Positions 19,086-28,201 of a stretch of 64,000 nucleotides of DNA are shown piece after piece. Location: positions 7,518 through 71,517 of the forward strand of contig JAPKFC010000001.1 in assembly GCA_028821785.1 (NCBI GenBank), given 5' to 3'. The stretch's first letter is position 1; the number at the start of each line of letters is the position of its first letter. The stretch comes from Candidatus Poseidoniaceae archaeon. GTDB taxonomy: Archaea > Thermoplasmatota > Poseidoniia > Poseidoniales > Poseidoniaceae. The notes beneath the pieces are model-generated. The model was not told the origin of the DNA. It worked only from the letters and a program-made list of their open reading frames with translations, and ran no database searches. The translations under genes were made by a program, and so were the position numbers.

Positions 19086-21986
19086 ATGTCTACAACTACT
19101 TGGCATGACCTTGAAACTACTGATATTTTGCTTGAATTAGATACTAATTTGGATGGTTTATTACCTTCTGGAGTTAGCGAAAGGCAAGAGAAATATGGTT
19201 TTAATAAATTACAAGAACCTGTTAAAACATCTGCTATAATGAGGTTTTTATCGCAGTATCACGATCCACTCAACTATTTGTTAATGGCAGCAGCTTTGGT
19301 TGCACTAGCATTACCGGGACATAATTCTGGAGATGCAATATTTATTTTTATTGTTCTAACTGCAAATGCAGTATTTGGATTTTGGCAAGAAGGTCAAGCT
19401 GAACAAGCAATGGATGCACTAAAACAAATGTCTGTTTCACAATGCGTTGTTATCCGTGAGGGGATTGATGTAGAAATTTCTACACAAGAATTGGTTCCTG
19501 GTGATATTGTAAAGTTGGAAGGAGGATTGAATGTACCAGCCGACATAAGGATAATAGAAGCATTCCAATGCAAAATTGACGAATCGGCTTTAACCGGGGA
19601 ATCACACACGGTTAGGAAAAATCCGAATGTCTGTGATAATGATACGATACTCGCAGAAAGAATAAACATGGCTTATATGGGCACTTGTGTCGCAACTGGG
19701 AGAGCGGTTGGTATTGTTGTTGAAACGGGTATGAACACCGAGTTAGGTAGAATTGCGAGTGATATTGTCGGTAGTAAATCTCCTCCAACTCCTTTAGAAA
19801 TGAAATTAGAATCATTAGGTAAGTTCCTTGGATTTGTTGCTCTAATAGTAGCATTTCTCTTAGTGTCACTAAAAATGCTAATCGCCTATGGTAATCCGAA
19901 AATTGACATTTGGGATGCCGCATTAGAACAATTCATGGTCGCTGTAGCAATTTTCGTTGCAATTGTTCCTGAAGGGTTACCAATTATTTTGGTAATCACT
20001 CTGGCTCTCGGAATGCGAAATATGGCCCAGCATAAAGCGATTATCCGTAGAATGAAAGCAGTGGAAACTCTCGGTTCAACTACTGTTATTTGTTCAGATA
20101 AAACTGGTACTCTAACTAAAAATCAAATGACTGCACGTCAAATAAACACTTCTTTTGGAGGATTCAATATATCTGGTGATGGGTTCAAACCTGAAGGTAC
20201 TTTGATGAGCGATGGCGTAAATGTCTCCAATGATCAAATGTCCGCATTACAAAATGACCTCGGTTTTAGATTAACTGCTGCATGTTTAGCATTATGTCAT
20301 AATTCTCAAATTTCAAAGGTTGATGGACAATGGCAAGCGATAGGAGATCCAACTGATTCTGCTTGCGCTGTTGCAGGATGGAAAATCAATGGCGATGTAA
20401 AGAAATTCGCACAACGCCATCCACGTATTCACGAATTCTTTTTTGATAATATTAGAAAGAGAATGACAGTCATTCATGAATATGAAGGAGAAAAATGGAT
20501 ATTTTCTAAGGGTGGAGCAGGTGGATTCAAGTCTTTGGTGGATTGGAAAATTGAGGATGGAGAGATTCAACCGATTGGGCGAAACGATTTTGCAAGGGCA
20601 GTCGAAGCCAATAATGACATGGCATCTAAAGCAATGCGTGTTTTAGCATTGTGTGCCAGAAAAATGGATAAGGGCGAGGCCATTGAGGACGTCACTAAAA
20701 TTGAGTCAGGATTCATTTTCTTAGGACTTGTAGGAATAATGGACCCACCGAGACCTGAAGTGAAAGATGCTATAGCAATTTGTCAAAGAGCTGGAATAAA
20801 AGTAAAGATGATTACAGGTGATCAACAAATTACTGCTGATGCAATCGGTCTAGAACTGAATATTACTGATGGGTTGGCCCCAGCAGTTAATGGTAATCAA
20901 TTATCGAATTTCACTGATGAAGAAATGTTAGATGTGTGCACTAATACAAGCATTTTCTCTCGCGTGACGCCAGATCAAAAGATGAGAATAGTTTCATCTT
21001 TACAAGAAAATGGTGAAATCGTTGCAATGACTGGCGATGGAGTAAATGATGCGCCAGCATTATCTAGAGCAAATATTGGTATATCGATGGGGATAGCAGG
21101 TACTGATGTTGCAAAAGACGCCTCTGACATGGTTTTACAGGATGATAACTTTGCAAATATTGTATCCGCTATAGAAGAAGGAAGAAAAATTTATCAAAAC
21201 ATACGCAACTTTGTAAGATATCAGATATCAACAAATGTTGCTGCTGTAGCATTAATTGTTGTCTCTACATTCATATTTGGCTGGAACTTACCTCTAACTG
21301 CCACTCAAATTTTAGTAATCAATATTCTAATGGATGGCCCTCCCGCGGTTGCACTTGGTGTTGAAAAGAAACATGGAAGTGTGATGAATAGGCCACCGCG
21401 TCCAGTTCAGGAAGGATTACCAAGTCTGTCTGATATTGTATTGATATTCTATCTTGGAATTATCATGGTAACAGGTACCCTCATAATTTTCTTCCTTGCT
21501 GGTGGAGGAGTTGAGGCCTGCGATGGACTACCATTTACCGAGGAGGATTTATCTCAGTACTTTGACCGCAATGCGTGCTTGATTGGAGATTCTGCCGCAA
21601 TAGAAGACTGGGAGAACTATTCAGACGATAGATTCGTTTATGCGCAAACAATGACATTCGCAGTTTTCGTGGTATTCCAATTATTCAATGTAATGAATTG
21701 CCGAAGTAGCGAGGATAGCGTTTTCAAATTAGGCCTATTCTCCAACAAAGCAATAAATTATGCAGTCGTGATATCGTTCTCATTACTATGGCTAATAATT
21801 CATAACTCGTCTGAAGTCATACCTATTCTCGATGTCAAGGTTGGTTCATTATTATCTACAATTGAACTACAAAGGAAAGATTGGCTGATAATAATGGCAG
21901 TTGCATCCGGAGTATTTATCGCTGAAGAATTTAGAAAATTCATTGTATATTCACGAGTCTTTGCAATCGGCAAGAAAAGAGCATAA
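19086..21986 (+). CDS. P2A-type cation-transporting ATPase (Ca2+/Mn2+, SPCA/SERCA-like)
   Basis: LTGES, IVPEGLP, CSDKTGTLT, MITGD, MTGDGVNDAPAL, INILMDGPPAVALG; SD AGGTGA before ATG 19086. Confidence 0.92.
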   Translation: MSTTTWHDLETTDILLELDTNLDGLLPSGVSERQEKYGFNKLQEPVKTSAIMRFLSQYHDPLNYLLMAAALVALALPGHNSGDAIFIFIVLTANAVFGFWQEGQAEQAMDALKQMSVSQCVVIREGIDVEISTQELVPGDIVKLEGGLNVPADIRIIEAFQCKIDESALTGESHTVRKNPNVCDNDTILAERINMAYMGTCVATGRAVGIVVETGMNTELGRIASDIVGSKSPPTPLEMKLESLGKFLGFVALIVAFLLVSLKMLIAYGNPKIDIWDAALEQFMVAVAIFVAIVPEGLPIILVITLALGMRNMAQHKAIIRRMKAVETLGSTTVICSDKTGTLTKNQMTARQINTSFGGFNISGDGFKPEGTLMSDGVNVSNDQMSALQNDLGFRLTAACLALCHNSQISKVDGQWQAIGDPTDSACAVAGWKINGDVKKFAQRHPRIHEFFFDNIRKRMTVIHEYEGEKWIFSKGGAGGFKSLVDWKIEDGEIQPIGRNDFARAVEANNDMASKAMRVLALCARKMDKGEAIEDVTKIESGFIFLGLVGIMDPPRPEVKDAIAICQRAGIKVKMITGDQQITADAIGLELNITDGLAPAVNGNQLSNFTDEEMLDVCTNTSIFSRVTPDQKMRIVSSLQENGEIVAMTGDGVNDAPALSRANIGISMGIAGTDVAKDASDMVLQDDNFANIVSAIEEGRKIYQNIRNFVRYQISTNVAAVALIVVSTFIFGWNLPLTATQILVINILMDGPPAVALGVEKKHGSVMNRPPRPVQEGLPSLSDIVLIFYLGIIMVTGTLIIFFLAGGGVEACDGLPFTEEDLSQYFDRNACLIGDSAAIEDWENYSDDRFVYAQTMTFAVFVVFQLFNVMNCRSSEDSVFKLGLFSNKAINYAVVISFSLLWLIIHNSSEVIPILDVKVGSLLSTIELQRKDWLIIMAVASGVFIAEEFRKFIVYSRVFAIGKKRA

Positions 21987-22002
21987 TTCAAGGTGTAGTC
22001 AT

Positions 22003-23211
22003 ATGGAACAATGGTCATCAACTCAGTTACTTGCTGGTTGCCTAAAGGACTGGCAACAGAGGCTAACCGAATCGCTAGAATCTGAGCAGTGGAGTGAAAC
22101 AATCACTCCGATAGCTGAGAAGGTTGCTTTAGGGGAGAGATTGAGCATTGAAGATGGATTGATCTTATTTCAGCATCCGAATCTTAACGAAGTCGGAAGG
22201 TTAGCCGATTTTGTCCGCAAATCACGCTTTGAAAATTTTGCATTCTTTAATTCCAATGTACACATAAATCAAACTAATGTTTGTGTTTTAGCATGCCGCT
22301 TTTGTGCCTTTAGAAGAAGTAAGAAATCTGCTGACGCCTATTCACTTGATATTGAAGCATATGTCGAAGATTTATCGAAGTACGCAGATTATGTGGATGA
22401 AGTTCATTCTGTCGGAGGATTACATCCTGACTGGGATGTTTTCCACTATCGAGACTTATTCAAAACGGTAAGCAAGAAATTCCCGCATATCACAATTAAA
22501 GCATTGACAGCGGTTGAAATAAAACATCTCTCACAGTTGTCTAGTATGTCTTACAAAGAGGTATTGACGATACTAAAGGATGCAGGACTTGGCAGTTTAC
22601 CTGGTGGTGGTGCTGAAATATTGGATGATGGCGTCAGGACAATTATCTGTAATGGAAAAGAGAGTTCTGAAGAGTACTTGGATATCCATAGAACCGCTCA
22701 TGAAATTGGTTTGCCTTCAAATTGCACCATGCTATTTGGAACTGTTGAAACGTTGAGACATCGTCTAATCCACATGGATAAATTACGCAGATTGGCTGAC
22801 GAAACCGGAGGGTTCCAGTGTTTTGTGCCATATCCGTTCTTGCCTGATTCATCCAGGCTGCCTGAAGCTCAATGTGCTACAGGAACTGAAGTATTACGAA
22901 CCATTGCAGTTTCAAGGTTAATGCTTGACTCTATACCACATATCAAGGCATACCGAATGAATATTGGTGATGGGCTGGCAGAATTAGCATTACAATTCGG
23001 TGCTGATGATATTGATGGAACGGTACAAAAGGAATCTATTATGCATTTAGCAGGCTCTACTGCGCCTTTAGATCATGATTTGGGTAAATTGTCCAAATTG
23101 ATTGAAAATGCTGGATGCATTCCTGTAAGGAGAAATACAACATACGAAAAGTTTGAGAAATTCATTGCCCCAACTCCAAAGCCAATACGCGGTTTGAAAA
23201 TGGCCCAATAA
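22003..23211 (+). CDS. mqnE: Aminofutalosine synthase (radical SAM, CofH/MqnE family)
   Basis: TNVCVLACRFCAF CX3CX2C motif, VGGLHPD, IKALTAVEI, PGGGAEI, HIKAY, GADDIDGT; adjacent to mqnA. Confidence 0.85.
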   Translation: MEQWSSTQLLAGCLKDWQQRLTESLESEQWSETITPIAEKVALGERLSIEDGLILFQHPNLNEVGRLADFVRKSRFENFAFFNSNVHINQTNVCVLACRFCAFRRSKKSADAYSLDIEAYVEDLSKYADYVDEVHSVGGLHPDWDVFHYRDLFKTVSKKFPHITIKALTAVEIKHLSQLSSMSYKEVLTILKDAGLGSLPGGGAEILDDGVRTIICNGKESSEEYLDIHRTAHEIGLPSNCTMLFGTVETLRHRLIHMDKLRRLADETGGFQCFVPYPFLPDSSRLPEAQCATGTEVLRTIAVSRLMLDSIPHIKAYRMNIGDGLAELALQFGADDIDGTVQKESIMHLAGSTAPLDHDLGKLSKLIENAGCIPVRRNTTYEKFEKFIAPTPKPIRGLKMAQ

Positions 23212-23262
23212 CTCAAACCAATCATGAGTTACACCTTTCAGTAGTCGTCCCTCCCTCGCAAC

Positions 23263-24060
23263 ATGGCGACCCATGGTTGGACGAGAACAATCGGTCGCGT
23301 TTCCTTTCTCAATTGTGACCCGTTATTCTATGGCCTGGATGAAACATGGAACGTTTTACCAGCACCTCCTTCATGGTTAACTGGCCATTTGCTTCGCAGA
23401 GATTGTGTACTAGCGCCAATTCCTGCAGCCGATTATGCAAAGCATGCAGACGAATTAATATTAATTCCAGATATTGGAATTTGTTCTAAGGGTGAGGTCG
23501 GTAGTGTACTATTATTTTCAAACAAGAAATTAGAAGAAATGGAATCGATTGCTTTACCTTCTGATTCAGCAACATCGGTAGCACTTTTGAAGCATCTTTT
23601 GAAAATCAAGGGATTGAATCCAACTTTGACCCAGATGGGTCCGGATTTCGATTTGATGCTAGATAATTGTGATGGGGCACTACTGATTGGGGATAGGGCT
23701 CTTGAGAGTGCAAAGCAATATCCCTCAATGGTACAATTGGACTTAGGTCAAGCATGGCTAGAAAAGTCAGGGAAACCGATGGTCTTCGGGGTCTTCGCAG
23801 CTAGAATCGACACTCCTAAAGAAATGATAATCGCAGCACATAACGCTCTTGAATCAAAGTTGGCTCTTTTCGAAACCAGTTCTGAACAAAGAAGTGCTGT
23901 AATCAATTGGTCGATCAGCCGTTCCGAATTATCTTATGAGAGATTAGACAGATATTTCGGAGAGGTATTCAATAGACTTGATGATGACCATCTAGCCGGA
24001 TTGAACCAATTTTTAATAGAAGCATGTGAATTGACTACCGGTGCTCAATTCTGCTGGTGA
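23263..24060 (+). CDS. mqnA: Chorismate dehydratase (futalosine pathway)
   Basis: IGRVSFLNCDPL, GEVGSVLLF, SATSVAL, LLIGDRAL, DLGQAW..PMVFGVF. Confidence 0.88.
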   Translation: MATHGWTRTIGRVSFLNCDPLFYGLDETWNVLPAPPSWLTGHLLRRDCVLAPIPAADYAKHADELILIPDIGICSKGEVGSVLLFSNKKLEEMESIALPSDSATSVALLKHLLKIKGLNPTLTQMGPDFDLMLDNCDGALLIGDRALESAKQYPSMVQLDLGQAWLEKSGKPMVFGVFAARIDTPKEMIIAAHNALESKLALFETSSEQRSAVINWSISRSELSYERLDRYFGEVFNRLDDDHLAGLNQFLIEACELTTGAQFCW

Positions 24061-26346
24061 TCAATCATCCTTAGTCAAACGGTCAAGAGCGTCATCCATT
24101 ACTTGATTATCGGTTTGCCCAGTAACAACTCTGCGAGTTTTGACGACTGCTTTCTTAGTTGCTACTTTCTTAGCAGTAACTGGGGCAGCATGTTCACCTA
24201 CAGATCTCAATGTAGTCCGTTTCCCCGTCACAACGGCGCCGTCACGGCTTCGTTTAACACTTCCAGCCCTTCTCCGTACAACTACAGGAGTAACATCATC
24301 TTCATCGTCGTAGAAGCCACCGATAGTGGATTCGGGTTCAATCTGCTGAACAGCCTCACTAGGTTGTGATTTTTTGCGGCCAATTTTTCTATTTATCTGG
24401 CGCTTTCTCATCACTTCATCATGGGTCAATGATTCCTCTTCATCCAATTCATTTACAAACACATCCTCTTTAGTTTTTTTAGGGATGTCTTCAAAGTCAT
24501 CAAATGCAAATTCTAAATCAACATTACTAGCATTTCTAGTTCTAATATAGGTTAATGCTGATACGGTTAGCATCAAGATGACAAATACTGCAATCCATGG
24601 ATATTCGATGGTGATTTTGACAAAAGTTTCTAACATTGTTGGGCTGGGTGGAATATCTTCTTCTAATTGTAAATTAATTTTATTTTCTTCAACCCACCAT
24701 GGACTCCAAGAAGCGGGTAGTCCTTGTTCTCCGTCTAACATAACATGAATTGGGTGTGCTTCAGCTAAATTGGCTATTGAACCATCAGTTGCCTCTGGTT
24801 GATACATAAGTGATAATTGAAGCGGATAGCGCGCATCTGGGAACAGTGTAAATGAAACCTTCAATACGATCTTTATTCTTGTTCTTTCATCGTCTATCTC
24901 AGTTAATGTCATTCCACTTCTAGTATTGCAACTAACAATCCCATTTTCCACTTGCCCGACAGATAATTCAATCGCAGCCTTCCATGAGTCAATAAAATCA
25001 GCAGTATCCATATTATCACAAACAGAGTTGGAGAACCTTACTGCTTCAGAGTGGCTTAATTGTTGGTCTGCGATAACAGATTTACGAGACATGTTTCTGA
25101 TGATAGATGATTGTTGAGAACTTAATGTTATTACATCCTCAATTTCTAATGTAGTTTGGTTAATCCAAATATTTAGATTTCTAATGTCATCTTGATTTGG
25201 CACGTTTGAACACTCCTCAGCACTTGAATCACAATTGATGTCCCACTCATCAGAAATAGAATCTCCATCGTCATCATTATCTAAATGATCAGGAATGCCG
25301 TCTCCATCTAAATCTGCACCATTTTCACCGTATCCAATTGGTAATTCGGGCGAGCCGTATATGGCAATATTTTGAGTATCCGAGGTAACAAATATTTTCT
25401 CGGGCAAAAAGTTTGAATTTTCAATAACTGCAAAATCAGATGCGCGATGGAATAGTATTGTTTCTTCTTTTATTGTAAATGTAGAGGTCTCGATGGTAAT
25501 AATCTTTGATTGGGTACTAGATTCTATAATATGAATGTAAGACCCATCGCCAGACCACAACATTTCACTTCCAGAAATAAAGTCGCTTTGATGAATTCCA
25601 CCTCCATTTGGATCTACCGTTTTTAACCTTCCATTTTCACCCAGTAGGCCAATTCTCAAGTCCCCGCTATCAAAGTCACAACCTACAACTTCGCTATTCA
25701 ACTCCCACTGCTTTCCTGTCGGGTTGCCTTGTCTATCCCATGTCAATACTCTGCCTGATTCATCACCGGTTAGCACAGTGTTTCCATCAGTTGAAAAGGC
25801 AATACAAGATACATCAGTATTATGTCCACTGGACAAACTGCCCTCAATACTTAGATCAGACTTTCTTAATAAATCTACACCGTTATCCGAATTAGGTACT
25901 GCCAGAATAGTGCTATCAGGACTCCAAGAAATAGATTTTGTTTCAGAGTTAGAATTACTATTGACATCTGTTATCAATTGGAGGCTTTCAATATCAATCA
26001 ATTGAATATTATCAGTGCGGACTTCAGAACCGATTAACGATAGCGCCAATGTCGCTCCATCGGGAGAAAATTTCAAATCCACAATTTGCCTAATCAATTC
26101 AAAACTTGCTAGTAATGAATTGTCTTCGATACTATGGATTGTTAGTACCCCATTATACCCAGTGGCTAACAATGTGTTGTCATAGTTAATGTCCACTGCT
26201 TGGCTATTTGATACTTCTAACGGGTTTGAGAGTCCACCGGTATAGGATAACCCAGATGATGTAGCAGTAGTTGCTGGAACAAGAATAATTAACAATAACA
26301 TCGCTATAGATGAGAATTGGAAATCAATTATTCGACTTCTTAGCAT
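24061..26346 (-). CDS. Secreted/membrane-anchored WD40 beta-propeller protein with TSP3-like Ca-binding motif
   Basis: N-terminal signal-like segment, repeats FSPDG/WSPDS/GH..V.CIAFSTDG..LTGD..WD, DLDGDGIPDHLDNDDDGD, C-terminal TM and charged tail; start uncertain (26346-26496). Confidence 0.75.
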   Translation of the reverse strand: MLRSRIIDFQFSSIAMLLLIILVPATTATSSGLSYTGGLSNPLEVSNSQAVDINYDNTLLATGYNGVLTIHSIEDNSLLASFELIRQIVDLKFSPDGATLALSLIGSEVRTDNIQLIDIESLQLITDVNSNSNSETKSISWSPDSTILAVPNSDNGVDLLRKSDLSIEGSLSSGHNTDVSCIAFSTDGNTVLTGDESGRVLTWDRQGNPTGKQWELNSEVVGCDFDSGDLRIGLLGENGRLKTVDPNGGGIHQSDFISGSEMLWSGDGSYIHIIESSTQSKIITIETSTFTIKEETILFHRASDFAVIENSNFLPEKIFVTSDTQNIAIYGSPELPIGYGENGADLDGDGIPDHLDNDDDGDSISDEWDINCDSSAEECSNVPNQDDIRNLNIWINQTTLEIEDVITLSSQQSSIIRNMSRKSVIADQQLSHSEAVRFSNSVCDNMDTADFIDSWKAAIELSVGQVENGIVSCNTRSGMTLTEIDDERTRIKIVLKVSFTLFPDARYPLQLSLMYQPEATDGSIANLAEAHPIHVMLDGEQGLPASWSPWWVEENKINLQLEEDIPPSPTMLETFVKITIEYPWIAVFVILMLTVSALTYIRTRNASNVDLEFAFDDFEDIPKKTKEDVFVNELDEEESLTHDEVMRKRQINRKIGRKKSQPSEAVQQIEPESTIGGFYDDEDDVTPVVVRRRAGSVKRSRDGAVVTGKRTTLRSVGEHAAPVTAKKVATKKAVVKTRRVVTGQTDNQVMDDALDRLTKDD

Positions 26347-26490
26347 ATGCGCCCTCAATTTGCTGAAAGCATATGGCTTGAAAACATCTCGGTGAAAAAT
26401 CCCCCGAATCATCATTATTTGCGATTTGGCAACATTAACCATATAGATTGATGCGGTTGATTGATGAAGGGTTTCTTGGTCGGACGCATT

Positions 26491-27375
26491 ATGCACACTG
26501 AGTTGCCACTAGACGCTGAAGGTAATAAGGTGGTCCGTATTGGACATTCACCCGATCCAGATGATGCTTTTATGTTCCACGCAATGACAACTGGAGCCTT
26601 TCCTACACCGGGCTATAAGTTCGTACATGAGCTACAAGATATTGAAACTCTCAATCACAGAGCCATCAATCAAGAACTTGAAGTTTCTGCAGTTTCCATT
26701 CACGCTTACCCTGAAATTTCACAACACTATGCTTTGATGAACTGTGGTGCTTCGATGGGAGAGGGATATGGTCCGATGGTCGTTTCGATGCAAGGGGTAT
26801 CAGAAGATGATGTGCGCTCCAACATAATCGCAGTACCTGGTATGAAAACTAGTGCTTATCTTGGTTTGAGGTTGGCGTGGGGGGATTGCCAAGTTGAAGT
26901 GGTTCCCTTTGATGAAATAATTCCTAGAATCCTAGATGGCACATTTTTGTCTGGATTAATTATCCACGAGGGCCAATTAACTTATGTTGAGCATGACTTG
27001 AATGTCTTGTTGGATTTAGGTGTTTGGTGGAATGAGCGCACAGATGGTTGGCCGATGCCTCTTGGCGGTAATGTCGTTAGAAGAGATTTGGGCCAACAAG
27101 TTATGGAGGATATCACCCTGTACACAAAAATGAGTATTGAACATGCTATTGCGCATCCTGCTGATGCCCTTGAATTTGCCAAAGCATGGGGTAGAGGAAT
27201 TGATGATGAAACAAATAAGGAATTTGTTTCCATGTATGTAAACGACAGAACGATTGATTATGAGGACGAAGGGCGTTCTGCTGTACGTCAATTCATCAAG
27301 GAAGGGCAAGAACTTGGACTCATAGATTCGACTTTCGACACCAGTAGCATGAAATTTATTGGTTCTCCTGAATGA
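26491..27375 (+). CDS. mqnD: 1,4-dihydroxy-6-naphthoate synthase
   Basis: IGHSPDPDDAFMF, DIETLN, GASMGEGYGP, IIHEGQLTY, DLGVWW..PMPLGGN, MYVN. Confidence 0.9.
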   Translation: MHTELPLDAEGNKVVRIGHSPDPDDAFMFHAMTTGAFPTPGYKFVHELQDIETLNHRAINQELEVSAVSIHAYPEISQHYALMNCGASMGEGYGPMVVSMQGVSEDDVRSNIIAVPGMKTSAYLGLRLAWGDCQVEVVPFDEIIPRILDGTFLSGLIIHEGQLTYVEHDLNVLLDLGVWWNERTDGWPMPLGGNVVRRDLGQQVMEDITLYTKMSIEHAIAHPADALEFAKAWGRGIDDETNKEFVSMYVNDRTIDYEDEGRSAVRQFIKEGQELGLIDSTFDTSSMKFIGSPE

Positions 27376-27387
27376 AAAGGTGATTAA

Positions 27388-27877
27388 ATGGATATTGTAG
27401 ATAGGGCGCCGGGTGTTAGCCAATATGGCTCAGTCGATCCAGCACCTCCGTCTAAAGAAAATGATGTTGAAAAACTAAAACTTCACCTTTTGGATGAAAA
27501 CAATCAGATGTTCCTGCGAATGAGGGCTGTTTTTTCTTTGAGAAATAATGGTACAGATGAGGCTTGTTTAGCATTATGCTCCAGCTTTTGTCACAAAGAG
27601 TGCTCTTTTACGGCATGAATTAGCCTATGTTCTTGGACAGATGCAAAATGTCGTTGCTATTCCTACTTTGATTGAGCGGTTGAGTGATCTGGAAGAACAT
27701 ATCATGGTTAGGCATGAGGCTGCTGAGGCAATGGGTGCCATCGGAGACGATTCGGCCAAACCGATTCTAGAGAAATTTCTCAATGATGAAAACATAGAAG
27801 TTGCAGAATCGTGTGAAGTTGCATTAGATTTACTAAATTGGTGTCGGACAGCAGAATGGGAAGATGCTTCTTGGTGA
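27388..27877 (+). pseudogene. Half-length deoxyhypusine hydroxylase (DOHH)-like HEAT-repeat protein, interrupted by a +1 frameshift near 27581-27589
   Basis: Joining ORFs 27388-27618 and 27641-27877 by removing one base gives 162 aa: SVDPAPP..LLDE..FLRMRAVFSLRN..SALLRHELAYVLGQMQ..MVRHEAAEAMGAI..VAESCEVALD; SD AGGTGA upstream. Could be an intact gene with a sequence error. Confidence 0.8.
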
Positions 27878-27936
27878 GATTTTAATGCTCAAGTTCAAAG
27901 ACTAGCCAGCACCCGCATAATTTAGAGGCAAACCCT

Positions 27937-28146
27937 ATGCCACACGAACACATACAATTGGCCCAAACTCCAAATGGTGAAATCGGTCCACGATGTCACA
28001 AATGTGGAGAACGTTTAACTTTTGGAAATGCTATGGTCGTAGACAAGTATTACATGTGCTGGGAACATTATGTGGAAGCAACCGGTGCAGATACAGCAAC
28101 TACTATCAATGAATCAGAAGGAAGATTTTGGATGCAGAAAGAATGA
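27937..28146 (+). CDS. Small zinc-finger protein (CxxC...CxxH)
   Basis: CHKCGERL..YMCWEHY in a 69-aa ORF with clean flanks. Confidence 0.7.
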   Translation: MPHEHIQLAQTPNGEIGPRCHKCGERLTFGNAMVVDKYYMCWEHYVEATGADTATTINESEGRFWMQKE

Positions 28147-28201
28147 ACTTTCACTTAGTTCAAAAACTGTCACCTTCTGTCCTACTATGAGAGGATGAAA
28201 A

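Noticed and set aside
22003..23211. CofH (F420 synthesis) or MqnC assignment
   Set aside because: HIKAY and GADDIDGT motifs plus adjacency to mqnA fit MqnE better
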